Made by a program: the position numbers and the translations under genes. Of a stretch of DNA of 64,000 nt, positions 37,901 to 48,923 are shown piece after piece. Every line of letters begins with the position of its first letter. Position 1 is the stretch's first letter. The notes under the pieces were generated by a model that was given only the letters and a program-made list of their open reading frames with translations, was not told the DNA's origin and did not search any database. Origin of the DNA: Eledone cirrhosa (lineage: Eukaryota); the NCBI GenBank assembly GCA_964016885.1, contig OZ024740.1:227974001-228038000 (forward strand), written 5' to 3'.

Positions 37901-40900
37901 ACGTTAAACGATGATGATGATGAAACAGTTTTCCTGTAGCAGTCATTTTTATATATATATATATATATTTATTTATTTATTTAGTTATGTAATAAACAAC
38001 ATTATGTTGTTTATTACATAACTAATAAGCTCTGTAGCCTACATAGAGCACTCTTTTTTCCTGTACCTTTCCGACGGAAATACTTCATTCATATATATAT
38101 ATATTTATATAGGTGATTCAGTGAACACCAGTCTAACAAGCAGATTGATGCTGGAGTCAAGTCCATAGCTTCCATGAGCGAATCATCTACAAAATGCACA
38201 TAACAGATCATCATCATCATCATCATCATCAACATTTAACGTCCGTGTTCCACGCTTGCATGGGTTTGGACGGGGGTAGTCCTACTTGAGGCAAGAGTGA
38301 TTGTCTTGCTCGCATAGGACTGTCTGGCAGGTTTTCTACAGTTGGATGCCCTTCCTAACACCAACCACATTTACAGTGTGGGTCTGGGAGGTTTTTACCG
38401 TGTTGCCTACACGGCCACATTACAGCGTGGACTGTGTGTTTTTTTGTCGTGACACCTACACGATCTCATTTGTTTCGGCCTGGATGGCGCGGCACCAACA
38501 TAACTTTACATAGAACGGGGTGGTGTGGATGGGGTGGGGGTGGTGGTGGTGGGACGGGGTGTATTTTGTTAGAGATGCCTACTGGCTGGAGTAGGTTTTA
38601 CTATATATTTAGGTAAGGCGGGTCTTCTCTGTTACTGAGTACCGCCAAAGGTCTCGGTCCAGTGACATTGTCTTGGAGAGGTGTAAGTGTGTGAGGTCGG
38701 AGTTTATCAGCTCGTCCCAGGTTTTTCTAGGTCTGCCTATTCCGTGATCAATACTCAATAAAAACATAAACATGTAAACGCAACCATGTTTTTTTTTTCT
38801 TATATATTATATTATATTCTCCAAAATGGCTAACTGAAAACACAAACTTTTTCTCCAAAACGTTTTTTTTTCTGTTCCTTCCTGTTTTCATTCTCGATCT
38901 TCCTATTTCATCTTTTATTTCTCATTTTTCTTGTGATGAAGGACTAGGACAGAGAATTGGTAGAATTATTTGAATGTCAGATGAGATGCCTTGCAGTGTT
39001 TCTACTGTGTCTTATTTGTGTGGTAGACTTAATCTCTCATTTAATAGTCCATTAAATGTCCATATATTCCATTTTAGGCATGGTTTATATTGCTGGATGT
39101 CCTTCCTAATGCCAACCACTTTATAGGGTATACTGGGGGCATTTTATTGTGCCATCAGTACCACCACTATACTGAGTGTACTGGGTGTATTTTATTGTGG
39201 CATCAATACCACCACTATACGGAGTGTACTGGGAGCATTTTATTGTGGCACCAACCTTACCACTTTACAGACATATTTATGCTTTGTAAAATATTTTCTG
39301 ATTTTCAGAAATCCATTTTGGGGGTGCTGACTTCACATTTTTGATTGGATTTTATGAAGTGATTGACCACAATAAAAATTAATGGCATAGTACCTATATT
39401 GTTGTTATTTTTTACTTTTGTAGGATACTGAATATCAATGCCAATTGACTCCAGAGCCAGATGAAATGGTGAATTTCTCCTTGAAAGAAGAACCATTTAC
39501 TTATGGAGTTTATAATATTGGTAAGCACACCAGAAATGGAAATGTCCTTAATATTGGCCTCAACTACAACCAGCAGCCAAAATATACTTCTATTGTACCA
39601 CCACCACTGTATGCTCATCAATATATAACAGGTGAGTGAGTGTGTTTTTTTTAAAAATATTTTTTAACTATTTTTCTTTTCAGAATGTCACTCATAGACA
39701 CACTCCAACTTCTGTCCCACAGATATGTTGTATCTTTTCTACCATTACTGTAAAGTGGTTGTGTAGGAGTCATGACAAAAAGCACCCAGTCCACACTGTA
39801 AAGTGGTCGTGTAGGTGCCACAACAAAATGCACACAGTACACACTGTAAATGAGGTTGGTGTTAGGAAGGGTATCCAGCTGTAGAAACCAAGCCAAAATC
39901 AGTTGTGTATGAGCAAGATATGGCCACCTGACCTAGCATTGGCCATAACAGGACAACTCGTCTAACCCATGCTAGTGTGGTAAATGGACGTAAAATGGTG
40001 ATGATGATGACTGCAAAGGTCTCTGCTTTCTACAGTTAACTTAGGCACTCCAGACTTACTTGTTTCTCCTCCTCATTCCATCTCCCATGCTGTGCCTAAC
40101 CATGACACCAGTCATTATTGTCCAGAACATCCTGCTCATGCCTTCCCTATAGGAGTTGATTTATGCAATTTACACCATCAATTGTACCAATCTCACTGGT
40201 GTTAGAGAACTTGTGAAGCCCATGGGCCCTGTCTCTTCCTCAAGGACCTTTGAAATTAAAAAAAAAAGGGACTAATGATTATCTGGCCTCTGTCTAATTG
40301 AGGACCACAAAGCAGGCTCTAACATGTACTTTGACAATTTGGGCTGACTGCCTTTCCCCATAATCTAATTGTAGACGAGGTAGACTTAGGAAGACAGGAA
40401 GAAATTGTGAAGGCCACCACACTTGTCACATACACACATTATACTTGTTGACCTTGCCTTATGAGTGAATTTGTATTTGATAGGTGGAGTCTGTAAGAAG
40501 CCCGTCACATGTGTGTCTGTGTGTTTGTTTGTCTTTGTCTTTTCTCTTTGCATCTGACATCACTAATGCAGGCAGTAATATTTGTTTTCATTTGATATAA
40601 ACAATGATTCCACTGCTCACATGTGAAGTCCCTCTCTTAAAAACTAAATTAAGGATGGCATCAGGAAGAACGTTAGGCTGAAGAATTCTGCCTTAAATTC
40701 TCGTCCAATTCATGCCAGCTTGTAAGCATGAATTTAAAACTGATGATGAGAATAACGTGTTTCTTGTGATTTTTTAATTGAAATTTTTATTTAAAATTAT
40801 ATTTTTCTCAGTGTCTAATATTGATTTCTAATTTAAGGATTAGATCAGCATATTTTAGGGAAAGGTAAAGTTGATTAAATCAACCACCAGTACTTAACAG

Positions 40901-43900
40901 GTATTATATTTTATCGACCCAGAAGGATGAAGAGTGAAGGTGCGTAGCCTAGTGGTAAGCATATTGGACTTACGATCATAATGTCATGGGTTCTATCCTT
41001 GGACTGGGTTGTGTGTTGTGTTCTTGAGCAAAACACTTCATTTCACATTGCTCCAGTACACTCATCTAAAAATGAGTACCAGCAGCAATAGCTGGAGGTT
41101 TAACCCTCTGATGGACAGGCGTTCTGTCCAGAGAGAAGTCTTGTACTCTCAGTTGCTTATTGCTATGAAAACTGGGATAAACACTGGTCTGATGAGCCTT
41201 TGTGTTCAAAACAGACTTTTAGAAGGATGAAGGGCAAAGTTATTTTCGGTGGGATTTGAACTCAGAATGCAAAACGCTAGACCAAATTCAGCAATGACAT
41301 TTTATCTGATGCTTTACCAATTCATAACTCACTTCAATGGCTAATATTTAAAGCTATTTTACATTGAATTTGTTTTTCTATACAAGCAAATGGTTTTGAA
41401 TTCTTCTTTAACTTGAATGAATCATCATAACAAACCAGTTGTTTAATGCTGATTATATTCTTTTAATTGCAGGCTATGGTTTAGAAAATGGTGGCATAAT
41501 TTGTCATTTATACAATAAGCTATCTGAGAAATTAAAAGTTATCTACCTACAGTCAATACCATGGTTTATGAGGGTATATTTTAATTCTGTTAAAATAATT
41601 AGTGATGAAATTACTATTCAGCCAGGTGAGTTCTGATTTTTTAAAATTTAATTTAACTGAAACATATAACATAAGTTATGTTTATTTTATTGGAGATTTT
41701 TTTCCCATTCATTTTGAAATTAAAATATTAAAAGTCAGTTTTCATGATGATGATGAACATCACCTTTTAATGTCCAGTGTGGAAAATGGACGTTAAATGA
41801 TGATGATGATGATGAATTATTTCTTTATTATCAGATTATTTATTGAAAGCGCGTGGCTTAGTGGTTAGAGATTTGGATTCACAATCATGAGGTTGTGAGT
41901 TCAATTCCTGGACCGGGCGATACATTATGTCTATGAGCAAGACACTTTATTTCACATTGCCCTTTTTGCCAAGAGTTGTGTCTGGTAGATGGTATCAGCA
42001 ATGGAAAGACCAACTGAAACATTGTTTCCTTGGTCCAATTGGACGAGTTCCACCCCATTTGGTAAGCAAATGAGGTCTAGGATCTTGTTGATTGACTTTC
42101 TCTCTCTATTTATTTGAAAACATTGCATTCCTCATAGAAAGAAAGGTTTTCTTTAAATAGATGCAGTGCATATCATTCTTAAGAAAGCCATCCATCCCTT
42201 CTGATCCGACCAACTACCATCCTATTGCACTAATTTCCAATATTTCAAAGGTGAAAAAAAAATTTTTTTTTTAATACTAAAGCTTAATAGTTCAACATTT
42301 AAACATTTACAATTTGTGGCCTGATTTTACTTTAAAAATTTTTTAAACTGTTTCTTCTCTCCGTCTTTCAAACAGAGGACAACATGTCTGAGCATCAGTA
42401 TTTGTTCTGACTCTCTGGGTTTTCAGTTCAAATCCCTTTGTGACCTACTGGTCCTTGGGTGCTTCTAACAGAATTCACTCTGTGGCAAGCATTTGGCCAG
42501 GTCTCCGGTTGGCATACATTCTTTCCCTTTTCTTGGAGATGTTGAAACGGTCATGGGCATTGCCCTTAATTCATTGGTTGAACAGAAAAAAAATCTATAA
42601 AAAATACAAAAAAAAGAACCATTTAATTCACATATAAGTTTTAAAATTAACTCTTGTTTAGCTAAATTCTATAAAAATATTCATAAAACTATTGCTTGAA
42701 TTATTTTATTAACCATCATCGTTTAATGTCTATCTTCCATGCTAGCATGGGTTAGACGGGAGTTGTCCCACTTGAGGCAAGATTGGTCGGGTGACCGTGT
42801 CTCGCTCGTATAGGACTATCTGGCAGGTTTTCTACGGCTGGATGCCCTTCCTTACACCAACCACATTTAGAGTGTGGACTGGGAGCTTTTTACCGTGTTA
42901 CCTACACGGCCACATTACAGTGTGGACTGTGTGTTTTTTTTTGTTGTGACACCTACACGACTTCTTTAGTTTGGACTGGATGTTCTGTTGTACCAACATA
43001 AATTTATAGAGAAAGGGTGGGGGTGGGAGGATGGAGTAGAGGTGGTGCGTTGGGGTGTATATTTGGTTAAGAGGTGCCTACTGACTGTAGGTTAACTTTG
43101 TACGTAGGGAAGGCGGCGGGTCTTCTGTATTACTGCGTAGCGCCAAAGATCTCGGTCCAGTGACATTGTCTTAGAGAGGCGCAAGTGTGCAAGGTCAGAA
43201 TTTACAAAATTATGAATAACACATTTTTCAAGATGTTCAACAAGTATTAAATATGGATTTTCTAAGGCCTTAAATTAGAGAGAGGAAGATGTGTGGCCTG
43301 GTGGTTTGATTCTTGAGCAAGATGCTTCATTTCATGTTGTTTTTCATGATAGGATTGGGACACCTGTTATTAAAACACTCAAGGTATGAGAGGCAACCCA
43401 CATAGGTGTTAACTGTAAATTTAATTTCTATCCTTTTAGATACTAACTAAACTGCCCCTGGTTCTATGATACCAAGCTGTTTATTTTATCTAAAAACCTT
43501 TGTTAAGTTATGTTCCAAACACCCACTTAATCATGAGAAATTTACTGATATAACCTAATCCCTCAAAATTCTTGATTAGTTGTAAATCAAAAGTAGTGTC
43601 TTTCATTAAAGATATAGTAACGAAAGAGTAGAGAGGAATCTTTAGACTTGTTGAGGGCATGACAATCACTCAAGTGCTGATGCCACAGTAAAATGCACCT
43701 AGTACACTCTGTTAAGTGGTTGGAATAGCATCCAGCTGTAAAACCCACACCAAGAATTGGAATGTATAAGTATGATGTGGTTGTGTGACTAGTAGAATAG
43801 TAACTCTAAATAAGAACTGACTTGGATTATAACCCACCCAATCCATGCCAGCATAGAAAGTAGATGTAAAATGATGTTACTCATAAAACATTTGTGAAGG

Positions 43901-46248
43901 TTAAATATATGAAATATCCTATTTAATGTGGTAAACAGTTGTGTATAATGTTGAAGATAAATATTGTTGGTGATCCACACAATAAAGAAAACTTGCCAAA
44001 CAAAGTTGGAAGGACCCTTCAGTTGTGCCATAAACCCCTTCCTCTATTGTTGGTGCCATGATAGAATGCACTTGGAAGAGAGAGGGATTATATGTCATAT
44101 CCCTGACCCATCTTAAGATCAAAGGCTTCCTTGCTAGCAAGGAAAATGGATGTTAAATGATGATCATATCCTCTTGACTGATGTTATTTTGTTATTACTA
44201 ATTAAGATGTACCATATATATCACCATCATCATCGTTTGACATCTATGTTGCATCTCAATTTTACATACAACATTTACAGAGTATCATGTATTTTGAATT
44301 GAGGTTTTGTTTCAGGCCGTATTTTTGTGGAAATATGTCACAACAAAAAGCACCCAGTACACACTGTATCAAATGTGGCTGACATTAGGAAAGGGCATCC
44401 AACCGTAGAAACCTTGCCAGAACCAAATCTGTATGAGCAAGACATGGTCACCTGATTTGACTTGTCTCACAACAGGACAACTCGTCTAACTCATGCATAG
44501 AAAAATGGACATTAAATGGAGATGATGATGATGCAACCTATATATGATTATAAACTAATTGATTAACCCACCTGTGACTATATTTCTAATGAAAGACACT
44601 GCCCATGATTTTCAAAATAATCAAGAATTTGGAGGAATTTAATAGAATAAATAACCTTTTCGTTTTTAAGCTGGTGTTTGAAATATGCCATAAAATTTTC
44701 TTACATAAAATTATGATAGATTGAAGTTTAAATCTGAACACTTTATAACTGCTTTGTATTATAAAACCAGGAGTAGCTTTAAGTAGTTTCGTATCAGAAG
44801 GGTTTATCATAATTTCTGTATTATTTGACATATATAATGTCTATCTAACCCATGCAAGCATGGAAAAATAGACATTAAGCAATGATGATGACTGATAGAA
44901 GCTAAACATAAAACAAAAACTATCTTTTTCATTATTAATAAGTTATCTGGCGTTTTTATTTATTCCCAGTTGCGATAAACTATATTCAAGGCAAAGACAG
45001 AGTACAGCCTTACACTTTAGAAATAGTTGTTGAACTCCCACCAAATTCTGTGAGTTCACTTTCCTTTGAATTCGATCGTGCCTTCCTGAAATGGACAGAA
45101 TATCCGCCCGATGCAAACCATGGCTTTTATATCAATTCTGCAGTAATTTCTGCAGTCCTTCCAGTTGCTAGGAACTACACATCTCCTCGACAACAATCTT
45201 CTGTTTTGATTGACAGGTAAGATTTATTTAAACTTTTTGTTACCATATTTTTAAATGAAGATATAGCTGATTATTTTCAAATAAGTTTTGAAAATAAGAA
45301 TTTGGAGGGTTTTAGTAATATAACTAAAACATTTTCTGTTTATTAAGCCAGCTGTTCAATCATTATAGACTCCATTGAAAATCTATAATAATTGAAAGTT
45401 ATTGTCTTTTCTATTCTTGCAATGGGAGATGTTTAATTTTGTGAATCATTTTTCATTTAAAAAAACAATAATCACTTAATACTGTAAAAGAATGGGACCT
45501 TTAATTAATATTTACTTTAGCCAGTCAAATTAAGACAAGTAATATTTCCCAGGAGTCTTCTGCATGAATAATTTACTTAATGTTAAAATAATAATTAAAT
45601 TTACAGCTGTAATGAATAGAAAAATCCCTTAATTCTTGCCAATAAAGGCAAGGGAGACAAATCCAAATTATAAATTGAATGGTGGCATGCATTAGGAAGT
45701 TTGATCTAAGGTAAATACAGTGATAACTTTGAACATATTTCAGTATTATTAGATATCCAACAAAACATAATCTTACATCCTAATTGACTTGAGATAATAA
45801 AAATATTGGGTGGAAAATTTTTCCCAGGTATGCTATCTGTATGAAGAATAGAATATATAGTTAAGTGGAGAGAAGATAACATTGTAGTGCCATCCTCCTA
45901 TCCAATAAAAAAAATTATAAAATAAAATAAAACAAGTTACTAATATTTCATGTAGGATAAAATTAATAATTTACAGCAGTTAAATTTATAATAATTTTAT
46001 TTAGTTTCAGATCATCTACCAATTCTGATCAAATTCTTGTGAGGATCCATACTGAGAACCTGCTGCTTTCACTACCTACCCCAGATTTTAGTATGCCTTA
46101 TAATGTGATTTGTCTGGCCTGCACAGTCATTGCTATTGCATTTGGATCTATACACAATTTGACAACTCGGAGATTGGTAGCTAAAGATCCTGATCTTAAA
46201 ACTGGTTTAAAACACACACTAAAAAAATATATACAAAAATTCTTTTGA
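16966..46248 (+). CDS. PIGT: GPI transamidase component PIG-T (Gpi16), complete spliced CDS, 10 coding exons, about 575 aa
   Basis: Exons join in frame through GT..AG introns with matching phases; total 1728 nt including stop. Diagnostic motifs [75 protein letters not shown]; N-terminal signal peptide and C-terminal TM helix. Confidence 0.97.
17414..17597. mobile_element. hAT-like MITE
   Basis: TIRs caggcccgtagcca / tggctacgggtttg; 8-bp flanks tttcactt and gttcactt (7/8 match). Confidence 0.75.
18133..18660. mobile_element. Cluster of SINE family 1 copies (+, -, partial +) in PIGT intron 1
   Basis: Near-identical copies of about 185 bp separated by repeated ttattgatattattaat. Confidence 0.9.
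18735..18934. mobile_element. Mariner/Tc1-type MITE of about 200 bp; copies at 458-585 (partial), 10945-13249 (split by RTE) and 19708-19875
   Basis: Imperfect TIRs tacgaggtgagctgaaatgttcataagctgac / gtcagcctgtgaacttttcagccgaccctgta with TA ends. Confidence 0.8.
21680..22925 (+). repeat. Minisatellite, unit of about 27 bp (gagagagaggcagtgctggagggtgtaat)
   Basis: Directly visible tandem array in PIGT intron 1. Confidence 0.95.
23448..23625 (+). CDS. PIGT: PIGT coding exon 2 ([12 protein letters not shown]...[13 protein letters not shown])
   Basis: Acceptor tttcag, donor gtattc, phases 1/2. Confidence 0.95.
24620..24857 (+). CDS. PIGT: PIGT coding exon 3 ([23 protein letters not shown]...[17 protein letters not shown])
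   Basis: Acceptor atttag, donor gttagt, phases 2/0; retains the LLPC cysteine equivalent to human C182 that bonds to PIGK. Confidence 0.96.
25210..27170 (+). mobile_element. Highly decayed RTE-clade LINE in PIGT intron 3, with a short inverted internal segment at about 25865-26030
   Basis: [15 protein letters not shown] and ELLYTDDL remnants; homologous to the other RTE copies. Confidence 0.85.
28192..28276 (-). ncRNA. Type I hammerhead ribozyme motif with extended stem II
   Basis: UGUCUC-CUGAUGA-GUUCG...CGAAC-GAAA-CCAUGGUA-GGGAUA: intact core, stems I and II pair, palindromic stem III ACCAUGGU. Confidence 0.7.
28640..29460 (-). mobile_element. Penelope-like element fragment (RT remnant plus 3' pseudo-LTR)
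   Basis: [18 protein letters not shown] motif typical of PLE RT; downstream CTGATGAAGGGC-TTAT-GCCCGAAACGTC hammerhead-like core. Confidence 0.85.
30664..31008 (+). mobile_element. tRNA-derived SINE family 2 with RTE-derived 3' tail; near-identical copy at 55739-56085
   Basis: A box tggcttagtggttag, B box gagttcaattc, ccttgagcaagacact core, tail matching the RTE 3' end. Confidence 0.88.
31198..31284 (+). CDS. PIGT: PIGT coding exon 4 ([29 protein letters not shown])
   Basis: Not in ORF track; polypyrimidine tract plus tag acceptor, gtaagt donor, 87 nt, YHS..H.R.VCR motif. Confidence 0.93.
32950..33121. mobile_element. Tc1/pogo-type MITE
   Basis: TIRs taccgtatttcc / ggaaatgcggta, TA ends. 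Confidence 0.7.
33240..33327 (+). CDS. PIGT: PIGT coding exon 5 ([29 protein letters not shown])
   Basis: tttcag acceptor, gtaatt donor, phases 0/1, EL.Q.LSV.FD motif. Confidence 0.92.
33645..34010 (-). mobile_element. RTE 3' fragment; similar fragments at 30085-30280 (+), 37495-37815 (-), 50465-50712 (-) and 56710-57200 (+)
   Basis: [16 protein letters not shown]-type C-terminus and shared 3' tail. Confidence 0.8.
34632..34726 (+). CDS. PIGT: PIGT coding exon 6 ([32 protein letters not shown])
   Basis: cag acceptor, gtgagt donor, phases 1/0, WSL..F.R.L...CPLAS motif. Confidence 0.94.
35050..37355 (+). mobile_element. 5'-truncated RTE-clade LINE in PIGT intron 6
   Basis: [37 protein letters not shown]; 3' end ccaacccttgcaagcagggaaaagcggacgtaaaa(tga)n. 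Confidence 0.93.
39424..39631 (+). CDS. PIGT: PIGT coding exon 7 ([12 protein letters not shown]...[11 protein letters not shown])
   Basis: ttgtag acceptor, gtgagt donor, phases 0/1. Confidence 0.92.
41473..41625 (+). CDS. PIGT: PIGT coding exon 8 (GYGLENGGI...[23 protein letters not shown])
   Basis: ttgcag acceptor, gtgagt donor, phases 1/1, GYG and PW..R.Y motifs. Confidence 0.94.
44970..45216 (+). CDS. PIGT: PIGT coding exon 9 ([18 protein letters not shown]...[23 protein letters not shown]...)
   Basis: Not in ORF track; tcccag acceptor, gtaaga donor, phases 1/2. Confidence 0.95.
46005..46248 (+). CDS. PIGT: PIGT terminal coding exon (…[44 protein letters not shown]…KKYIQKFF*)
   Basis: Acceptor AG ending at 46004 (alternative at 46010), TM helix, TGA ending at 46248. 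Confidence 0.94.
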
Positions 46249-46347
46249 ATAAAAAAAGTTAGCATCTTTTTTTGAAAGTCCTAAAGTTGTAAAATTTCTT
46301 AATTATAAATACTGTTTTTTTTTTGTATGTATGTATAGATGAATAAA
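46248..46347 (+). terminator. Candidate PIGT polyadenylation signals (AATAAA at 46248 and 46342)
   Basis: Hexamers immediately after the stop; AT-rich context makes them non-specific. Confidence 0.35.
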
Positions 46348-46373
46348 AAAAAAAAAAAAAAATTAATTACCTT

Positions 46374-46493
46374 TTAAAATTTTCTATGAAAACAAAAATT
46401 TATAAAAATAATAAAAAAAAATTTAATTTCTCTCTTTATTTTATGTGTGGATTTGGTTGATAAATCAGTCTTCTTGTCATTGATATCAAAATT
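46374..46493 (-). CDS. Uncharacterised gene, probable terminal coding exon (NFDINDKKTDLSTKSTHKIKREIKFFFIIFINFCFHRKF*)
   Basis: cttccacag acceptor in phase 0 matching exon C; TAA at 46376-46374. Confidence 0.55.
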   Translation of the reverse strand, partial: NFDINDKKTDLSTKSTHKIKREIKFFFIIFINFCFHRKF

Positions 46494-46627
46494 CTGTGGA
46501 AGATAAAATAACAACAGTTTAAATATAAAAAAGTGTGGGAAACATTTAGTCCCTTTATTTACTGTATTTCTAATAAAATACACTGCCTAAGATTTTGAGG
46601 GAATTTAGTAATATAATTTTCTCATTA

Positions 46628-46780
46628 TTAGCCCTTTAGCATTTAAACCAGCCATATCTGGCTAGAATTCTCTCAATAAATAATATCAAAATCTTGTAGA
46701 GTTGATATTATGAGAGATAAAAGCCTATACTGTGAAAATACAATACTAAATATAGAATAATGTAAATGCTAAAGGGTTAA
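46628..46780. mobile_element. piggyBac-like MITE
   Basis: TIRs ccctttagcattta / taaatgctaaaggg, TTAA on the right and TTAG on the left. Confidence 0.7.
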
Positions 46781-47744
46781 GGTGGTGTTTGGAACATAAT
46801 TTAACAAAAGTTCTTACATAAGTTTCTTATATTTGATAAATATAATCACTAGGAATATAAACAAGTCTGCATTCCACAGCATTTTTTAAATTTACTCTTT
46901 AACATTCATGAAATAAATATATTTTAATGTAATATTTATCTAAAAATGGTCATGCTGGTGACATGACATAAAGCACCCAGTTCACCCTGTAAGGTGGTTG
47001 TGCTGGTGACATGACATAAAGCACCCAGTTCACCCTGTAAGGTGGTTGTGCTGGTGACATGACAAAAAGCATCCAGCCCACCAAGTAGATGGACATGCTG
47101 GTGACATGACAAAAAAGTACCCAGTTCACTCTGTAAGGTGGTCATGCTGGTGACATGACAAAAAGTACCCAGTTCACTCTGTAAGGTGGTCATGCTGGTA
47201 CCACGGTAAAAAAAGTACCCAGTCAAGTCTGTAAGGTGGTTGTGTAGGTGATATGACAAAAAGCATGCAGTCCACCCTGTTAGATAGTCATTTAGGTGCC
47301 ATGATAAACAGCACCCAGTCCGTGTAATGTGGTTGGTATTAGGAAAGGCATTCAGCTGTAGAAACCAGATTAGTTCCATATGAGCAAGACACAGTCATCT
47401 GACCTTGTCTCATAATGTGACAACCTGTCTAACTTAAGTACGATCAATATATATATATATAAAACAATCTTACCTCATTCCTGAATACTTTAATAATACT
47501 GATGTCTTTATTTGGATGTTAAATCACTGCAAGTATTGTTTGTGTCAATGTTGAAAGGATTACCACAGTAAAATATCTGTAGAAATTGTAATTAATATAA
47601 ATAAATTACAAATATACTTAATACTCTTATGAAATATGTAAAGTATCATGTGATTAGAAAATAGCAGTGGAATTTGAAAATTGAATTGAATTAATAACTT
47701 TGCTGTATTTTTCTTTTACTATAGAAAATAGTCTACTACTACTA

Positions 47745-48200
47745 AATTAATCTACTTCTTTGTGGTGACATGATAAAACCTTTCCATCTCACACAATCCA
47801 ACATTAACTGCCTCAGTTCTTCACTGGATAATTCTGTATATTCCTCTTTAATGTCTTGAGAGGTCTTCTGCATTTGTGTTTCACATTGATGGGCTCCCAT
47901 AGTAAAAGTTTTGTAGCAGGTTTGTTGCCTCTCATGACATGACCTGCAAGTTGAAGACACCTGACATGGATGGTATGGCAAATAGGCTGGAGGTTGCTAT
48001 AGAGAATTTTGATGTTTTTTATCCTTCTTAGCATTTGTGTGTAGAAACTAACTAAAGCTTTGGTTATAGATGGTATCACTGACCATGATTCACCAGAAAA
48101 CAGTAACATTGATTCCACTGTAGCTTTGAATAATCTAACTTTCGTTTTTGTGGTTATGTTAGATTTCCACACCTGATTTAATAAAAACAGAACACATAAG
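47745..48200 (-). mobile_element. Decayed non-LTR RT C-terminal fragment (RTE/RTEX-like, different family)
   Basis: VWKSNITTKTKVRLFKATVESMLLFSGESW...LQLAGHVMR. Confidence 0.75.
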
Positions 48201-48816
48201 CCCCTAGAATAGAAAAAAATGGGCATTAGTGTGGATGTATTGATATGCTTTATCAGTTTGTAACAAATCAGATTGAACCAACGAAACTGTTTCCATTGGT
48301 TTTTCTATTGCTGATACTATCTACTAGTAACAACTCCTAACAGAAACATTACTGTCTCACCAATGATAGGAGGTGGGATTTGAACTCTGAACACACATTG
48401 CTGGAATAGATACTGCAAAGTATCCCGTTTGACTCTAACAATTCCATCAATCCACAGCCCTCTTGAGCCCAGAGGCTCATCAGGTTGGTGCTTATCCCAG
48501 TTTCCATGGTGTGAAGCAACTGAGAGTACAAGACTTCGCCTGGACAGAACGCCAGTCCATCGTAGGGTTAAACCACCAGCTATTACTGCTGGTACTCATT
48601 TTCAGCTGAGTGTATTGGAGCAATATGAAATGAAGTGTTTTGCTCAAGAACACTACACAACCGAGTCCAAGACTTGAACCCACGGTATTATGATCCTAAG
48701 TCCAACAAACTTACTACTAGGTCCTGCACCTCCACCCCTTGACCTTAGCCTAAATAACAAAAAGTAAAACAAAGATATTTGTTTTTGTTGAAAAACCATT
48801 TAAATAAGATATTTAC

Positions 48817-48923
48817 CTGTGCAGATTCTGATCCTGGTGGACATACAACATTAAAATTATCGTTGGAATCAGAACTATCAGATAAGGACTGAAAAATATC
48901 TGATTCAACGGAGACAGTTGGAT
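48817..48923 (-). CDS. Uncharacterised gene, exon C (DPTVSVESDIFQSLSDSSDSNDNFNVVCPPGSESAQ)
   Basis: tttacag acceptor, CAG|gtaaat donor, phases 1/0, open, same Ser/Asp-rich composition as exon B. Confidence 0.75.
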
